Shown piece by piece: positions 1-11,690 of a stretch of DNA of 44,620 nucleotides. The first letter of the stretch is position 1; every line of letters starts with the position of its first letter. Source of the stretch: Chiloscyllium plagiosum (lineage: Eukaryota); assembly GCF_004010195.1 (NCBI RefSeq), contig NC_057759.1:2492295-2536914 (forward strand), given 5' to 3'. The notes under the pieces are model-generated. The model was given only the letters and a program-made list of their open reading frames with translations. It made no database searches and was not told where the DNA came from. The translations under genes were made by a program, and so were the position numbers.

Positions 1-575
1 GAGAGAGAGAGAGAGCGGGCATGTGTGTGTGAGAGAGAGACAGCATGTGTGTGTGAGAGAGAGCATGTGTGTATGCGTGGGGATTGAGAGATTGCATGTG
101 TGTGCGAGTGTGTGTGTGCGTGTGTGTGTGTGTGAGAGAGAGGGTGTGTGCTTGCGTAGGGAGAGAGCACATGTATGTGTGGGAGAGACTGCATGTGTGA
201 GACAGAGGACAAGAGAGAGTGTGTATGTGAGAGAGAGACCAAGTGCGTGTGTGTGTGAAAATTAGTGTGTGTGTGTGTGTGTCTGTGTGTGAGAGAGAGA
301 GATAGATAGAGAAGGTCTGTGTGTGCGTGAGAGAGAGAGGATGTGTGTGGGTGTGGGATTGAGCATGTGTGTATGTGAGAGGATTGAGAGATTGCACGTG
401 TATGGGAGAGAGTGTGTGTGCTTGTGAAGATAGAGAGAGCACATGTGTATGTTAGAGAGACTACGTGTGTGTGAGAGAGGGAGAGAGATTGTGTAATTGT
501 CAGAGAGAGAGGTAAGAGAGAAAGTACCTGCTCGTACGTGAGTGTGTGTGTGTGAGAGAGAGATAGAGTACGTGA
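1..575. repeat. Degenerate (GT)n/(GA)n microsatellite tract
   Basis: Seen directly; mirrored by the (CA)/(CT) tract at 44190-44620. Confidence 0.95.
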
Positions 576-1859
576 GATGGTGGAATTGTCTGCCACGGAA
601 AGACGTTGAGACCAAAACACTGAATGTTATTCAGGAAGGAGTTGTATAGAGTTTAATGAAAACCAGAATGTGCTGGATAAATTCGGGCAGCATCTGTAAA
701 AGAGAGAGAATAAACACATTTCATTCGAGTGACACTTCTTCGGAACTGAGAAACAAAGTTCCAATTATACAATGCTGAAGTGGTCCTTCGGCCCATCGTG
801 TTCTTTGGACTAAAGGATCAAAGGGTATGTGGGAGGAGAGGAAGATAGTTGGGGGCAGGGGATTGAGTTAGATGGTTCGCCAAGATCCTGGTGAATGGCA
901 AGGAGCGGGGAATCAGGCTTGAAGGGCATACTCCGGCTCCTATTTGTGGTGGGTCGATAATTTGTTGTGACCAGGCGAGGTAAATTTACACAGAAGCAAC
1001 ATTTCTGTTACCTGTCACCTCAGCGTTGTGGCCGTGATGGAGAGAATGTGACATTTTCTGCCCTATATCCCACAGACGTCGTAGCGTGCACACACCCCCA
1101 ACACTGTCGGGTTAACTCGTGGCCGGGGACCACGTTGATGATATTACCCATTGCCATTTCCTCACGGAGCTGCCTCAGAGCACACGGTGCCTTTCGAGTT
1201 GAGCTTAGCCCGGCTGTCAATCACATGTTTCACAGCAGGCTGGTTACGGTCGCGGGGTTGTTGTTGGTGGTGGGGAGCTCACCCAGATGGATTGAAGCAG
1301 AGATTGATCAGTCAAAATTGAACTTGTCACCAGCACAGAGGAAATGGGCTGAAGGTCCTCTGCCTGTGCTCTCCCGTCTCCATCACTCCAAATATTAAAT
1401 CCTTAGCAATCCCAAGAATGTGGTCACCAACTCAACTCTCTTCATGTTAAAGGAAGGTGACCATTTATTTTACATTAATTCATGGGACGGGTGGGGGCAC
1501 TGGCTGGGACATTGTTTATTGCACCCATCCCGAATTGTCCCACGGGGCTTTTAAGATAAATGGCACAGAATTATCGAAATCTGCAGTGCAGAAAAAAGGC
1601 CCATCAGCCCATTGAGTCCGTGATGGTCATAGCAGCTACCTCACTATTTCCTGATCCCAATTCCCCAGCTCTTGTCTCATAGCCTTGGCATCGGGAGTGC
1701 ACATGTACAACCTTTTTCAATGTGATGAGGGTTTCTGCCTCTCCCACCCTTACAAGCAGTGAGTTCCAGATTCTTCACTACCCTCTGAGTGAACAAGACA
1801 GCGAGATGAGGAAGTGAATGCAGTGAGATGAGGAAGTGCTCCAGTCGACTGAGGAATAG

Positions 1860-2670
1860 CAGATAGACATCAATTTCTAAAATTTTAAGGTGCTGCATTT
1901 TGCTAAGTCAAAACAGGGCACGACTTACACAGTCTGGAGAATGCTGCAGAACAAAGAGATCTATGGTACAGGTTCATTGCTCCTTGAAAATAGAATCAAA
2001 AGGTAAACAGGTTGGTGAAGGAGGCTTTCGATATGTGTGCGTTGATCGGCCAGAGCATTGAATATAGGATTTTAGATGTAGTTTTGAAGCTGTTCAAGAC
2101 ATTGGTCAGTCCACTTTTGGGGTACTGTGTGCAATTCCGGCTACCATCCTATGCAAACGATATTTTTTAAACTAGAAAGAGCTCAGAGAAGATTTATTAC
2201 GATGCTACCTGGACTGGAAGGCTTGAGTAATAAGGATTGGTTGGATAGGCTGGCACTTCTTTGCCTGCAGTGTAGCAGATTAAAGGGTGACCTTGTAGAG
2301 TTCTATAAAGTCATGACAGGCATAGATAAGTTGGATAGCTGGCAGCTTCTCCCCATTTTAGGGAATCTAAAATTAGAGTGCATATGTTTAATGTAAGAGG
2401 GAAAAGATACCAAAGAGTTAAGAAGTGCAATTTTTTCACACAGAGTGTGAATGTCTGGAACAAGATGCCCATAGGAGTGATCGGAGCGAGTACAGTTTTG
2501 TTATTTCAGAAACACTTAAGCAGGTGCATGGATTGGATAGGTATGAAAGGGTATGGAAGGTTATGGTCCAAAATTAGCACATGGGACTATTTTAACTTGT
2601 GAAAACTGGGTGGAACGGGCAAGTTGGCCCGGCGGGTCTGTTTCCATGCTGTTGATATTTATGACTCTAT
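1860..2670 (+). mobile_element. CR1 LINE 3' fragment (decayed)
   Basis: ORF2 C-terminal remnant LERAQRRFITMLPGLEGLS...RLKGDLVEFYK; ends in an atgactctatg tail. Confidence 0.9.
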
Positions 2671-2699
2671 GTCTGAACTTTCTCCCACACTCTGTTTTG

Positions 2700-2706
2700 C
2701 GCACAA

Positions 2707-2750
<44 letters not shown>

Positions 2751-2950
2751 TCTGTCTCTGTCTCTGACTCTGTCTCTAACACACACATCCTCACCCACAC
2801 TCTCACACACTCTTACACACACACTCTGTCTCACCCACACTCTCTCAAACACACAGACGCAGTCTCACGCAAACACTGTCTCACACACACTCTGTCTCAC
2901 ACAATCCCTTTCTCTCAAACACACTCATGCTCTCTCTGTCACACACATGT
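2700..2950. repeat. (CT)n/(CA)n microsatellite tract
   Basis: Seen directly; mirrored by the longer (GT)/(GA) tract at 42305-42795. Confidence 0.95.
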
Positions 2951-3589
2951 CCTATTCACATGAAGCCCTCCCCTGCATTTTATCTGAAACAAACCAGCTA
3001 AAGATACAGCCACCGGAAAGAAGAGGAAATCTGGGGATTCTGTGAAAAATTGACTCGCTGTGCAGCCAAAAAAATAAACTGCCCATGTACAGAAAACAGA
3101 GGGCAGAAGTAACATGCAAATGGATAAGTTGCAAAGAGAGAGTCGTGAGCAGATTAGCAAAACTTGCATAAGTGAATAGAAAGCAGAACACAAATGTTTG
3201 TTTTAAACGTAAATAGGAAAGGTGATTTGAATCCAGACTAAGACAGATAAGGGACAGAAAGAGGGGGCAATTAATGCAGATTCGTGGTGAATGCTGATTT
3301 TATAGAGGGATACGAACTAGATTACTTGTTCCTCAGGGAATGCATATCACCCACTGAGTAAGATTAACATAAGATCTGCCCATCTCCAATCATACCGTGA
3401 CACTCTGCAATTCTCTCTGATGTTGTGGTAAATGAGGAACCCTTCAAAAGCACCAGCTACAAATATAGGAGATTGTTTGAAGACCTCAAGCAGTTGAGCA
3501 AACTAATTATTAGTATCTAGGTGTTGTTTGGATTCCAGAGGTAGAAACAACTTTTTTTAAAAAAAATGAAAAACACTCCCATAGAGAAA

Positions 3590-4290
3590 TTCCTTATCAG
3601 AGGAATCTGGATGTCATCGTCAGTGAGTCACAAAAATCGCATCAATGTTTAGCAGGTCGTAGGGAAGCCTTCATTTCAAAGGAAATGGTGGATAAAAGTT
3701 CAGAAGTTTTACAAAAAAATATATGCAAGGCACTAGTCGTACCACAGCTGGGAGATTGTGAATATAATGTGGATTCTTATCTAAAAGGTAGGCTGGGCAT
3801 TAGGGACAGTCCAGAGAAGGTTCACTCAGCTGATCCCGGTTATGGAAGGACTGTCTGACGAGGGAGAGGTTGGATAGTTCGGGCTTGTTTTTATTGGAGT
3901 TTCGAAGAAAGAGAGGCGACCTTATTGAGGATTTTTAGATGGATTTGACAGAGGAGATGTGGATAGAGGTTGTTTTCTCTTATGTGGGAGACTCTAGAAC
4001 CAGAGGGGCATCGTCTCAGAATAAAGAGTAGCCGCTCTTTAAATACGGAGATAGGAGGAATTGCTTCTCTATGAGGGGAGTGAATCTGTGGAATTATTTT
4101 CTTCAGAGGGCTGCCGAGGCTAGGCCTTTCAGTATATTCAAGGCTAACAGAGAGATTTTAATCAGGAAAAGGAATGGAGGATTAGCAAAGTGGAGTTGAG
4201 AATGATCGTATCATCTACAATCTGTTTAAATAACAGAACAGACGCTATGGGCTGATTGGCCTACAGCTAGTCCTTTAGTCATATGGACCC
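3590..4290 (+). mobile_element. CR1 LINE 3' fragment (mirrored at ~40950-41640)
   Basis: gtccagagaaggttcactcagctgatccc and gtgaatctgtggaatt motifs of the CR1 ORF2 end. Confidence 0.85.
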
Positions 4291-5254
4291 TATTCCCATA
4301 AATAGTAGTCACATAATCCTGTGTTTCCTTTCTGACAGAGCGATGCAGAGTTTGTTTGAAATGTGTCACCCCCGTCTTTCCTTTTCACTTGTACAGCAGT
4401 GGACATACGTGCACCAGGGGTGGAGCAATTAGCACCTGATGCAAATAATACATTTGTCAGGTTCCAAAAGCAACATAGTGCTGGAATCAGGAAATCTGAA
4501 ACCAACACAGATAGCACTGGAGAAACTCAGCAAGTCTGGCGGCATCTCTGGAGAGAGGCGAAATGAAAAGAGTTAATATTTCAGTGTATAAGCACAGAAA
4601 GTGCTGCAGAAACTCGGCAGGTCTGGCAAAATCTGTTGACAGACAGAGAAAAACAGAGGTAATGATACAGTTTATACACACAGAAAATGTTAGAGAAAAT
4701 CAGCAGGTCTGGCAATATCTGTGGAGAGAAAGAGGAAGAGAGTTAGCGTTTTTAGTATGTAGATTTTAATCTGTCCTTTTGCTTTGCTGGGCAAGTGTTT
4801 CTATCAGATAAGGAGCTCACTGTGTCAACTGATGCAGCTTAGTTCCTCTTTTTTATGTTTCAGTTGCAGGCAGTCCATCATAGTTGTTTCTGGGTGGTTA
4901 GTAACATATCCTGTTCTCGCAAACCCAAGGTTGCCCCACAGACGCCACTAGAGTATCCCTGTGACCCTAAAGTGCAGCATACCGATCTGCAAATCCCAAA
5001 CCTGATCCCCCCCCTTGGGTTGTCTCCCTGGACCCTGGAGTGAGGGGGGCGCGTTGTTGGGGTCCGTGCCTCAAGGGTAATGTACCCTTTGGAAAGGCTG
5101 TGCATTGGTCGGTCATATGTCTCTGGCATATTGATGGAAGAGAAAGGGAAGGGAAAACTAGAAGCAATCCATTCCCTTTGAAGAATCTATTGTAGAAATT
5201 GATCCTGAGGCAAAGTCCTCTAATGACTGAAATGGAAATGCCTGAGATGCTACG

Positions 5255-5760
5255 GGGAGAATGCTATTAAACTGGAAAGTGTGCAGAAAGATTTGAAAAG
5301 GATACTACCAGGACTGAAAGGTTTGAGTTGTAGAGAGAGACTGGATAGCCTGGTACTTCTTTCCCTGGAGCATCTGAGGCTGATAGGTGACCTTCAAATC
5401 ATGTGTAAGATCATGAGGGGCATAGATTGGGTGAATAGCTAAGGTCGTTTCTCCTGATAAAGGAGTCCAACACTGTAGGGCAATGGTTTAAGGTAAGCGG
5501 GAAAACATTTACAATGGAGCGAAGGGGCAACTTCTTCACACAGAGGGCGGTGCATGTATGGAGTAAGCCTCCAGAGGAAGTGGTAAAAGTAGGTACAATT
5601 TTAACATTTAAAACATATTTGTACAGGTACATGAAATGGTAAGGATTAGCAGGATATGGGCCAATTGCAGGTAATTGGGGCTAGTTCAGTTTGGGAAACC
5701 TGGTCACCATGGATGAGTTGGTCGGAAGGGCCTATTTCCATGCTGTATGATTCGATGTCT
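5255..5760 (+). mobile_element. CR1 LINE 3' fragment (mirrored at ~39130-39620)
   Basis: KLESVQKDLKRILPGL-like start; 3' end ggccgaagggcctatttccatgctgtatgattc-like. Confidence 0.85.
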
Positions 5761-6039
5761 GCTGATCTCCCTTTACTTCTCGCAGTTGAAGTGAGAAAAT
5801 TGGGGGAAATGGAGAGCTTGGGAGAAACCAAGTTGTAACACACTCGGGGAGATAGATCATCTCAGGTTGCAACTATCTTGTTGGAAATAGAATGAGTGGC
5901 ATCTTTCCCACCTCACTAACACCACACACTCATTGATTTTGCTTTTAAGGAAGGCCAAAGGAGAAATTAATTGCCTCCTTGAAGTGCTTACCCTCCCAGA
6001 GAGGGAAATGTCGATTTAATGTTTGGATTCCATGCAATC

Positions 6040-6073
6040 ATGCATACGATGGCATTTTGCTTACTCGTTTTCT
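6040..6073 (+). pseudogene. Orphan paralogous signal-peptide exon 1 (MHTMAFCLLVF), with no downstream exons visible
   Basis: ATG CAT ACG ATG GCA TTT TGC TTA CTC GTT TTC T|gtaaga. Positional homolog of 38814-38853 inside the inverted duplication. Confidence 0.55.
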
Positions 6074-6234
6074 GTAAGAGATCGTTACGGACTTATATAT
6101 AAATGAAACATTGTGTCTGTTTGTCTATCAGATCAATCACAACCAAATTAGATTTCAGAGCCATGCTGTTCAGAAGAGCTAAAATAATTCAAATTGATTT
6201 GCGTGTTCGAACCTGAAATTAGAATTTTATGGAA

Positions 6235-7410
6235 GTGAGGAGAATGGGTCGAGAGAGATAGAAAGAGGGACTTGGAAGAATTGAGGGAGAGAGAGATGTG
6301 GTTTGGTTTGAAGGAAGGGAAAGAGAGAGATGGCGGCAGGATTGAGGAAGGGAGATGGGGAAGTTTTAACGGAGAGGAAGAGAGAGAGAGATGGGGGCAG
6401 GATTTAGAGAGAGATGGGGCATTGATTAAGAGAGAGATGAGGCAGGATTGAGGGAGAGAGATGGGTCAGGATTGAGGGAAAGAGAGAGAGCTGGGTGTAG
6501 GATTGAGGGAGAGAGATGACGGCAGAATTGAAGGTGACAGAGATGGACAGGGTTGAGGGAGAGAGATGGGGACAGCATTGACGAAGCGGGAGAGNNNNNN
6601 NNNNNNNNNNNNNNNNNNNNNNNNNNNNNNNNNNNNNNNNNNNNNNNNNNNNNNNNNNNNNNNNNNNNNNNNNNNNNNNNNNNNNNNNNNNNNNNNNNNN
6701 NNNNNNNNNNNNNNNNNNNNNNNNNNNNNNNNNNNNNNNNNNNNNNNNNNNNNNNNNNNNNNNNNNNNNNNNNNNNNNNNNNNNNNNNNNNNNNNNNNNN
6801 NNNNNNNNNNNNNNNNNNNNNNNNNNNNNNNNNNNNNNNNNNNNNNNNNNNNNNNNNNNNNNNNGAGAGAAATGAGGATAAGATTGAGGGAGTAAAATGG
6901 GGCAGGATTTAGGGAGAGGGAGAGATATGGTGGCAGGATTGAGGGAGAGTTGGAGAGAGATGTAGCCAGGATTTAGGTAAGAAGAAGAGAAAGATTGGGG
7001 CATGATTATCAGAGAGAGAGAGAGATGGGGCAGAATTGAGGGAGTGAGAGATAGATGGGGCATGATTGAGGGAGAGAGGTGGAGGTAGAATTGACAGAGA
7101 GAGATGAGGCAGAATTCATGGAGTGAAAGGTAGATTGGGGAAGAATGGGGAGAAAGAGAGAGATGGGAGCAGAATTGAGGGAGAGGGAGAGAGATGTGAC
7201 AGGTTTGAGAGGTAGAGTGAGGTAAATCGAGATGAGAGAAGGATTGATAGAAGGAGATATGGGGTCAGGATTGAAATAGACTGTGAGAGACAGCGGTAGA
7301 GAAACATGGTCAGAGTATTGAGAGAGAGAAAACACTTGAGGAAGAGAGATCGAGCCAAGGAGAGAGAGATATGGTAGGCTTTGAAAAGAGAGACAGAGGT
7401 GGATGGGGTT
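6235..7410 (+). repeat. Purine-rich minisatellite (~24-28 bp unit GGGCAGGATTGAGGGAGAGAGATG) spanning the assembly gap
   Basis: Many degenerate copies on both sides of the N run; reverse complement at 38270-38665. Confidence 0.9.
6595..6864. other. Assembly gap (270 N)
   Basis: Run of N. Confidence 1.
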
Positions 7411-7711
7411 GTAAAGAAGGCATATGCAATTCTCTCCTTCATTGGCAGAATGAAGGACATAATTACTCTGGAGAGAGTGCAGAGGATGTTTACTAGCATG
7501 TTGCAAAACTAGACAATTGTAGCTATCAGGAGGGGTTCCCATTGTATTCCTTGGAACAGAGGTGCCATGGTGAAGCAATACCAAATAATGAATACTAAAT
7601 TGTGTGTTGCTAATGAAGGTGCAGAACTCTGAAAGCTAGTACTTTCAAATACATCTGTTGAACTAAAACCCATTGTTCTGTGATTTTTCACTAAACAGTG
7701 AGAGGGAGAGA

Positions 7712-7803
7712 GTCAAGATTAGAGTGGAAAAGCACTGTCGGTCAGGCAGCATCCGAGGAGCAGGAAAATTGACGTTTCGGGAAGAAGCCCTTCATCAGGA
7801 ACG
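7712..7803 (-). mobile_element. Single-arm Penelope-derived repeat with intact hammerhead core
   Basis: Minus strand reads CTGATGA AGGG cttctt CCC GAAACGTC (7798-7771). Confidence 0.7.
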
Positions 7804-9050
7804 AGGGCTGATTTAAGTTTGCTCTGAGCAGAAACAACCGCTAACAATTCTCATCCTGATCATCCAGAATTTCATTTACATTAATGGATCATGGTAGCAG
7901 AGAGCTTGCTATCCCCATCTTTTTAACCACATCACTCTCCATTTCTTCATGTTGCTGGAGTAGTCTTTGTTTTACCTTCTTCAGTTCAGCAAGAAACTGT
8001 TTTTTATATAAAATTTACTTGTATACTCTTTCAGAATTGTTTTTAACTTTCTATAAAGAGCCCTATATTTTCCTGATTCTCCCTAGAATGCATTACAAAA
8101 AAAAGGAAAGAAATTTGGCTGCAATTCTCACATTGTGTCAATGGAATCCAATGGCCATCCTTCAATGCTGTGAAGAAAGGAAAGAAAAAAAGCCAAAATT
8201 GGTTGTTTGTAAAACTGTTCATTGTGCTTTCAAGCAGAGTTAACTCTGTTGATTATTCTATAAATTAAACTTGACTTATTAAATATTCAGCACTGCATGA
8301 CGGAAAATAAAATTCAGTTTGCATTCCTCATGCCTACCATACAGCAACACAGGAGCATTGCAGATAATGCATCAGGGTAATGCCCTGTCTAAATCAGAAA
8401 ATAGAAGTGAATTAGCCAATTGTACTTTATGGTCAAGGAACATTATGATCAGTCAGATACAATGCAGTTGAACTGCTCATTGCACTTTCACTCAGTTGTA
8501 AATGGATTCGGTTTACACTGATTGTTGCTTCAGCAGCATTTAGAAAAGTACATCAATAAGCACTGAAACAAAAAAGAACTGATGGCATTCTGAACACCAA
8601 CACTTTTATATCATTACTCTGTTATATTCTGCACGATACAAATATAGAGTTCCATTGTGGTTCCTACCTAACTTGACTCCGAAGAACAGCATAGTCTCCT
8701 TTCAGTGGCAGTGCGTTACATTTTTACTTGTATGTGATTCTTACTGACAGCAACAATTAAAGCACTCCAGCCGTTTCCCATTCATTACAGGAGGCATGTA
8801 CTGCGATACAGACTGGCAGCACAAGAGAAAACTCACTGTCATACAGCCGTGAATGCTGCAAGGAAAATAATGAAATTTAGCCTCATTTATTTCCAATATG
8901 AATTGATGCTCAAACCATTGATCACGGCTGAGGTTATAAAATTATTGCAGTGCCCAGTAGTGAACCATAAAGTCCACTACACACACACACACACACACAC
9001 AAAATAAACTGAGACTGAAATGCAATACAATTAAATGCCATTGAAAAGAG

Positions 9051-9056
9051 TTTATT
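9051..9056 (-). promoter_or_regulatory. Candidate polyadenylation signal for the FCRL-like gene
   Basis: AATAAA on the minus strand ~1.6 kb past the stop, followed by T-rich and (GT)n sequence. Confidence 0.35.
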
Positions 9057-9579
9057 TACAGAGTTTATGCTGCACGTAGACACAAAACCGCAACTGAGTA
9101 GCGGAGAATAGAGCGATATTCATCAGAACCGGCACTATACATATTAAGAGTCAGGTGACTGCAGAACTGATGTCAAATTGTCCTTTCAACAGTGACAATG
9201 AGCAGATCAAGTTCACATTTCCAAAATGTTCTGCAGAATTGATGCATAATACAATGTCGCAGTACAGACATAATGGGATGAATGGTCTTCTCCTGTGCTG
9301 TACCATATCAGTTTTTCTGATGTCGGTTTGAAAGGAGATGACATGCTGTTGTGTTGTGTCTCGATATTTAAAGGTCATGCAGAAATGGACCTCCATGCAG
9401 AATAAAACTGTCTCTCACGCACAAAAACACAACAATGTCTGTGTCCAAAATGAAAGCAGATGTCTCAGTTTGAACTGACTCTCAAACCAAACAGGAAATG
9501 TGTGACCCTGATTCGAAATGTTTCTCAGAATAAAGCAGTCCACGTTCTGCCGTCGACCTATCTATTCTCTCCCCTGCCC

Positions 9580-10280
9580 ACCCCCACAGACTGACAGTCA
9601 ACCCATAAATCGCAAAATGCAGAAGATATTAAGACCTCTTCTCAGCACTCTAATAATAACTCTCACAGAATGAATCACACAGTCGCAGCGAATATCAGAG
9701 AACTAAACCACTTACACACACACGAGTAGAAACTGATATGTAAAGACTGATAGCTACACTCACTCTATCATGTTGCAGAAGCAAACAAATGATGGGATAC
9801 AGTTACTGCGGTGCAAATGTGTGACTATCATTCTCCATCGGTCCGTTTCTGTTCACTTAAGTCACATATTCGCATTACAGTAACTGTCGGCGATAGATTA
9901 ATAAAAATTTTCTCATTCACAAAGCTAAAACTGGCAGGAACAGAATGATAACTACGTTCCCAGTTTCACAGAGCATAAACGGACAAGCAGAGACTGATAA
10001 CAACACTCTCACATTCACAAGGCAAAATCTCACAGATACATATTGGTACGTGCACGGTTCGCGTTCACCAAACAGGAACTGACAGGTAGAAATCGATAAG
10101 TAAATTCACAAGGCAGTAAATGAGAGGCATAGATTATTAACTGCATTCACATATCATACAGGATAACCTGAGAGATACGGATTAATATTGATACTCTCAA
10201 GTCACAGCAGGAACAGACTCGTAAATGCACTCATACCCACATAGAATGAACTGACAGGAACAAAATGTTAACTACATTGG
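9580..10280 (+). repeat. Degenerate ~48-bp minisatellite (approx. CATTCACAAGGCAGAACTGACAGGAACAGACTGATAACTACACTCTCA)
   Basis: Unit starts recur at ~9915, 9962, 10012, 10061 and 10104; copies are more decayed outward. Confidence 0.7.
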
Positions 10281-10664
10281 TTATACAAATGATTAGGGGT
10301 TGGGTGTTGAGGATCTAATCGCTAAATTTGCAGATGATACTAACCCAGGCAGAAGAGTGAATTGTGAGAATAATGCTGCGAGACTTCACAGGGATATTAA
10401 CAAATTGGCCAAATGGGCAGAAACCTGGCAGGTGAATTGCAATGCGGAGAAGTGTAAGGTTATGAGTTTTGCTACCAGAAACATACGGTAATATTGCAGG
10501 TTCAATGAAACGTCTTTGAGGGGACTAATGGAGTAGATGAACATCAGAGTTCACGTGTATCAATCTCTGAAGGTGGCCAGGCAAGCTGAAATCGTTGTGA
10601 AGATGGTTCAAAGAATCTAAACACAAGGATTTGTGAAGCTTCGAAGGCTTTCTTCTCTGCTGTC

Positions 10665-10796
10665 TCACAATTTCCGTGGAACGTTGGCATAAACATTTCT
10701 TTCTTGGTCTTGATCAACTTCCTCATCCCCTCCTGTATCTGTGTGTCTCAGGGTGGCGTATATGATGCAGGATTGTTGCTGCTCCGCTTGGTCAGC
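10665..10796 (-). CDS. FCRL-like receptor exon 14, last coding exon (ADQAEQQQSCIIYATLRHTDTGGDEEVDQDQERNVYANVPRKL*)
   Basis: gaccttttctcag|gct, phase 0; IIYATL canonical ITIM plus C-terminal NVYANV; TGA stop at 10667-10665. Confidence 0.88.
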   Translation of the reverse strand, partial: ADQAEQQQSCIIYATLRHTDTGGDEEVDQDQERNVYANVPRKL

Positions 10797-10834
10797 CTGA
10801 GAAAAGGTCAACACATAAATGCAGTAGATAGTAG

Positions 10835-11690
10835 AAGGACCAAAATTGGTGGTATTGTGCACAGAGAAAAAGGTTATCTAAGAGTACAATGAAAATTTGA
10901 TCAGCTGTGCCAGTGGGCGAAGGAATGGCAGATGAAGTTTAATTTAGATAGATCTGTGGCATTACATTTTAGTAAGGCAAAATATGGGTAGGACCTATGC
11001 AGTTAATAGTACAACTCTGAGGAGTGTTGCTGAGCAAAGAGCCCTAGGGGTTCCCGTACATTGTTCCTTGAATGTGGCATTGCAGCTCGACACAGTGGTG
11101 AAGACGCCGTTTGGTACGCTTGCTTTCATCAGTCAGAACATTGACAACAGGAGTTGGGCGCTTAATGATACAACCGTACAGGATGTTGGTGAGGCCACGT
11201 TTAGAATACTGTGTACAGTTCTAGTCAGCGCGCTGTAGAAAGGCTGTTGTTAAACTAGAAAACATTTTCAAAAATGTTACGAAAACTGGAGAGTTTCAGC
11301 TCGAAGGAGAAGCTGCATAAGCTGGGAGCTTATCTCCTTTGGAGCATTGGAGGCTGAGGGGTGAACTTACTGATTCTTAGATAAGATGAGAAGTTACAAT
11401 CTTTCCCCCAGGATAGGGGAGTCCAAAACAATTGGGCTTGTATTTAAGGTGAGAGGGGAAAGATTAGAAAGGGACCTGAGAGGAAAATATGAAATGAGCT
11501 GCAAGAGGAAGTATTAGAGGCAGGTACAATTACAACATTTTAAAGACATTTGGAAAGGTACATGGATAAGAAAGGATTAAAGAGGTATGGGACAAATTCA
11601 GACAAATGGGACTAGTTGAGTTTGGGAAACCTGGTCAGCGTGGTCGAGTTAGGCCGAAGGGCTTGTTTCCATGCTGCGTGACTCTATGAA
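10835..11690 (+). mobile_element. CR1 LINE RT/3' fragment
   Basis: TKIGGIV, LRSVAEQRALGV remnants; tail gtgactctatga. A further RT piece (KFADDT) lies at 10280-10600. Confidence 0.9.

Larger units (their letters stand above)
1..6594 (+). repeat. Left arm of a diverged inverted segmental duplication (partner ~38270-44620)
   Basis: Colinear reverse-complement anchors: ~585/44160, 1021/43730, 1280/43480, 3040/42210, 4340/40900, 4861/40045, 5960/38920, 6165/38735. Confidence 0.93.

Noticed and set aside
967..1398. 143-aa ORF in the unique part of the left arm
   Set aside because: The mirrored copy (43290-43790) does not keep the frame, there is no recognisable domain, and the antisense frame has stops in both copies.
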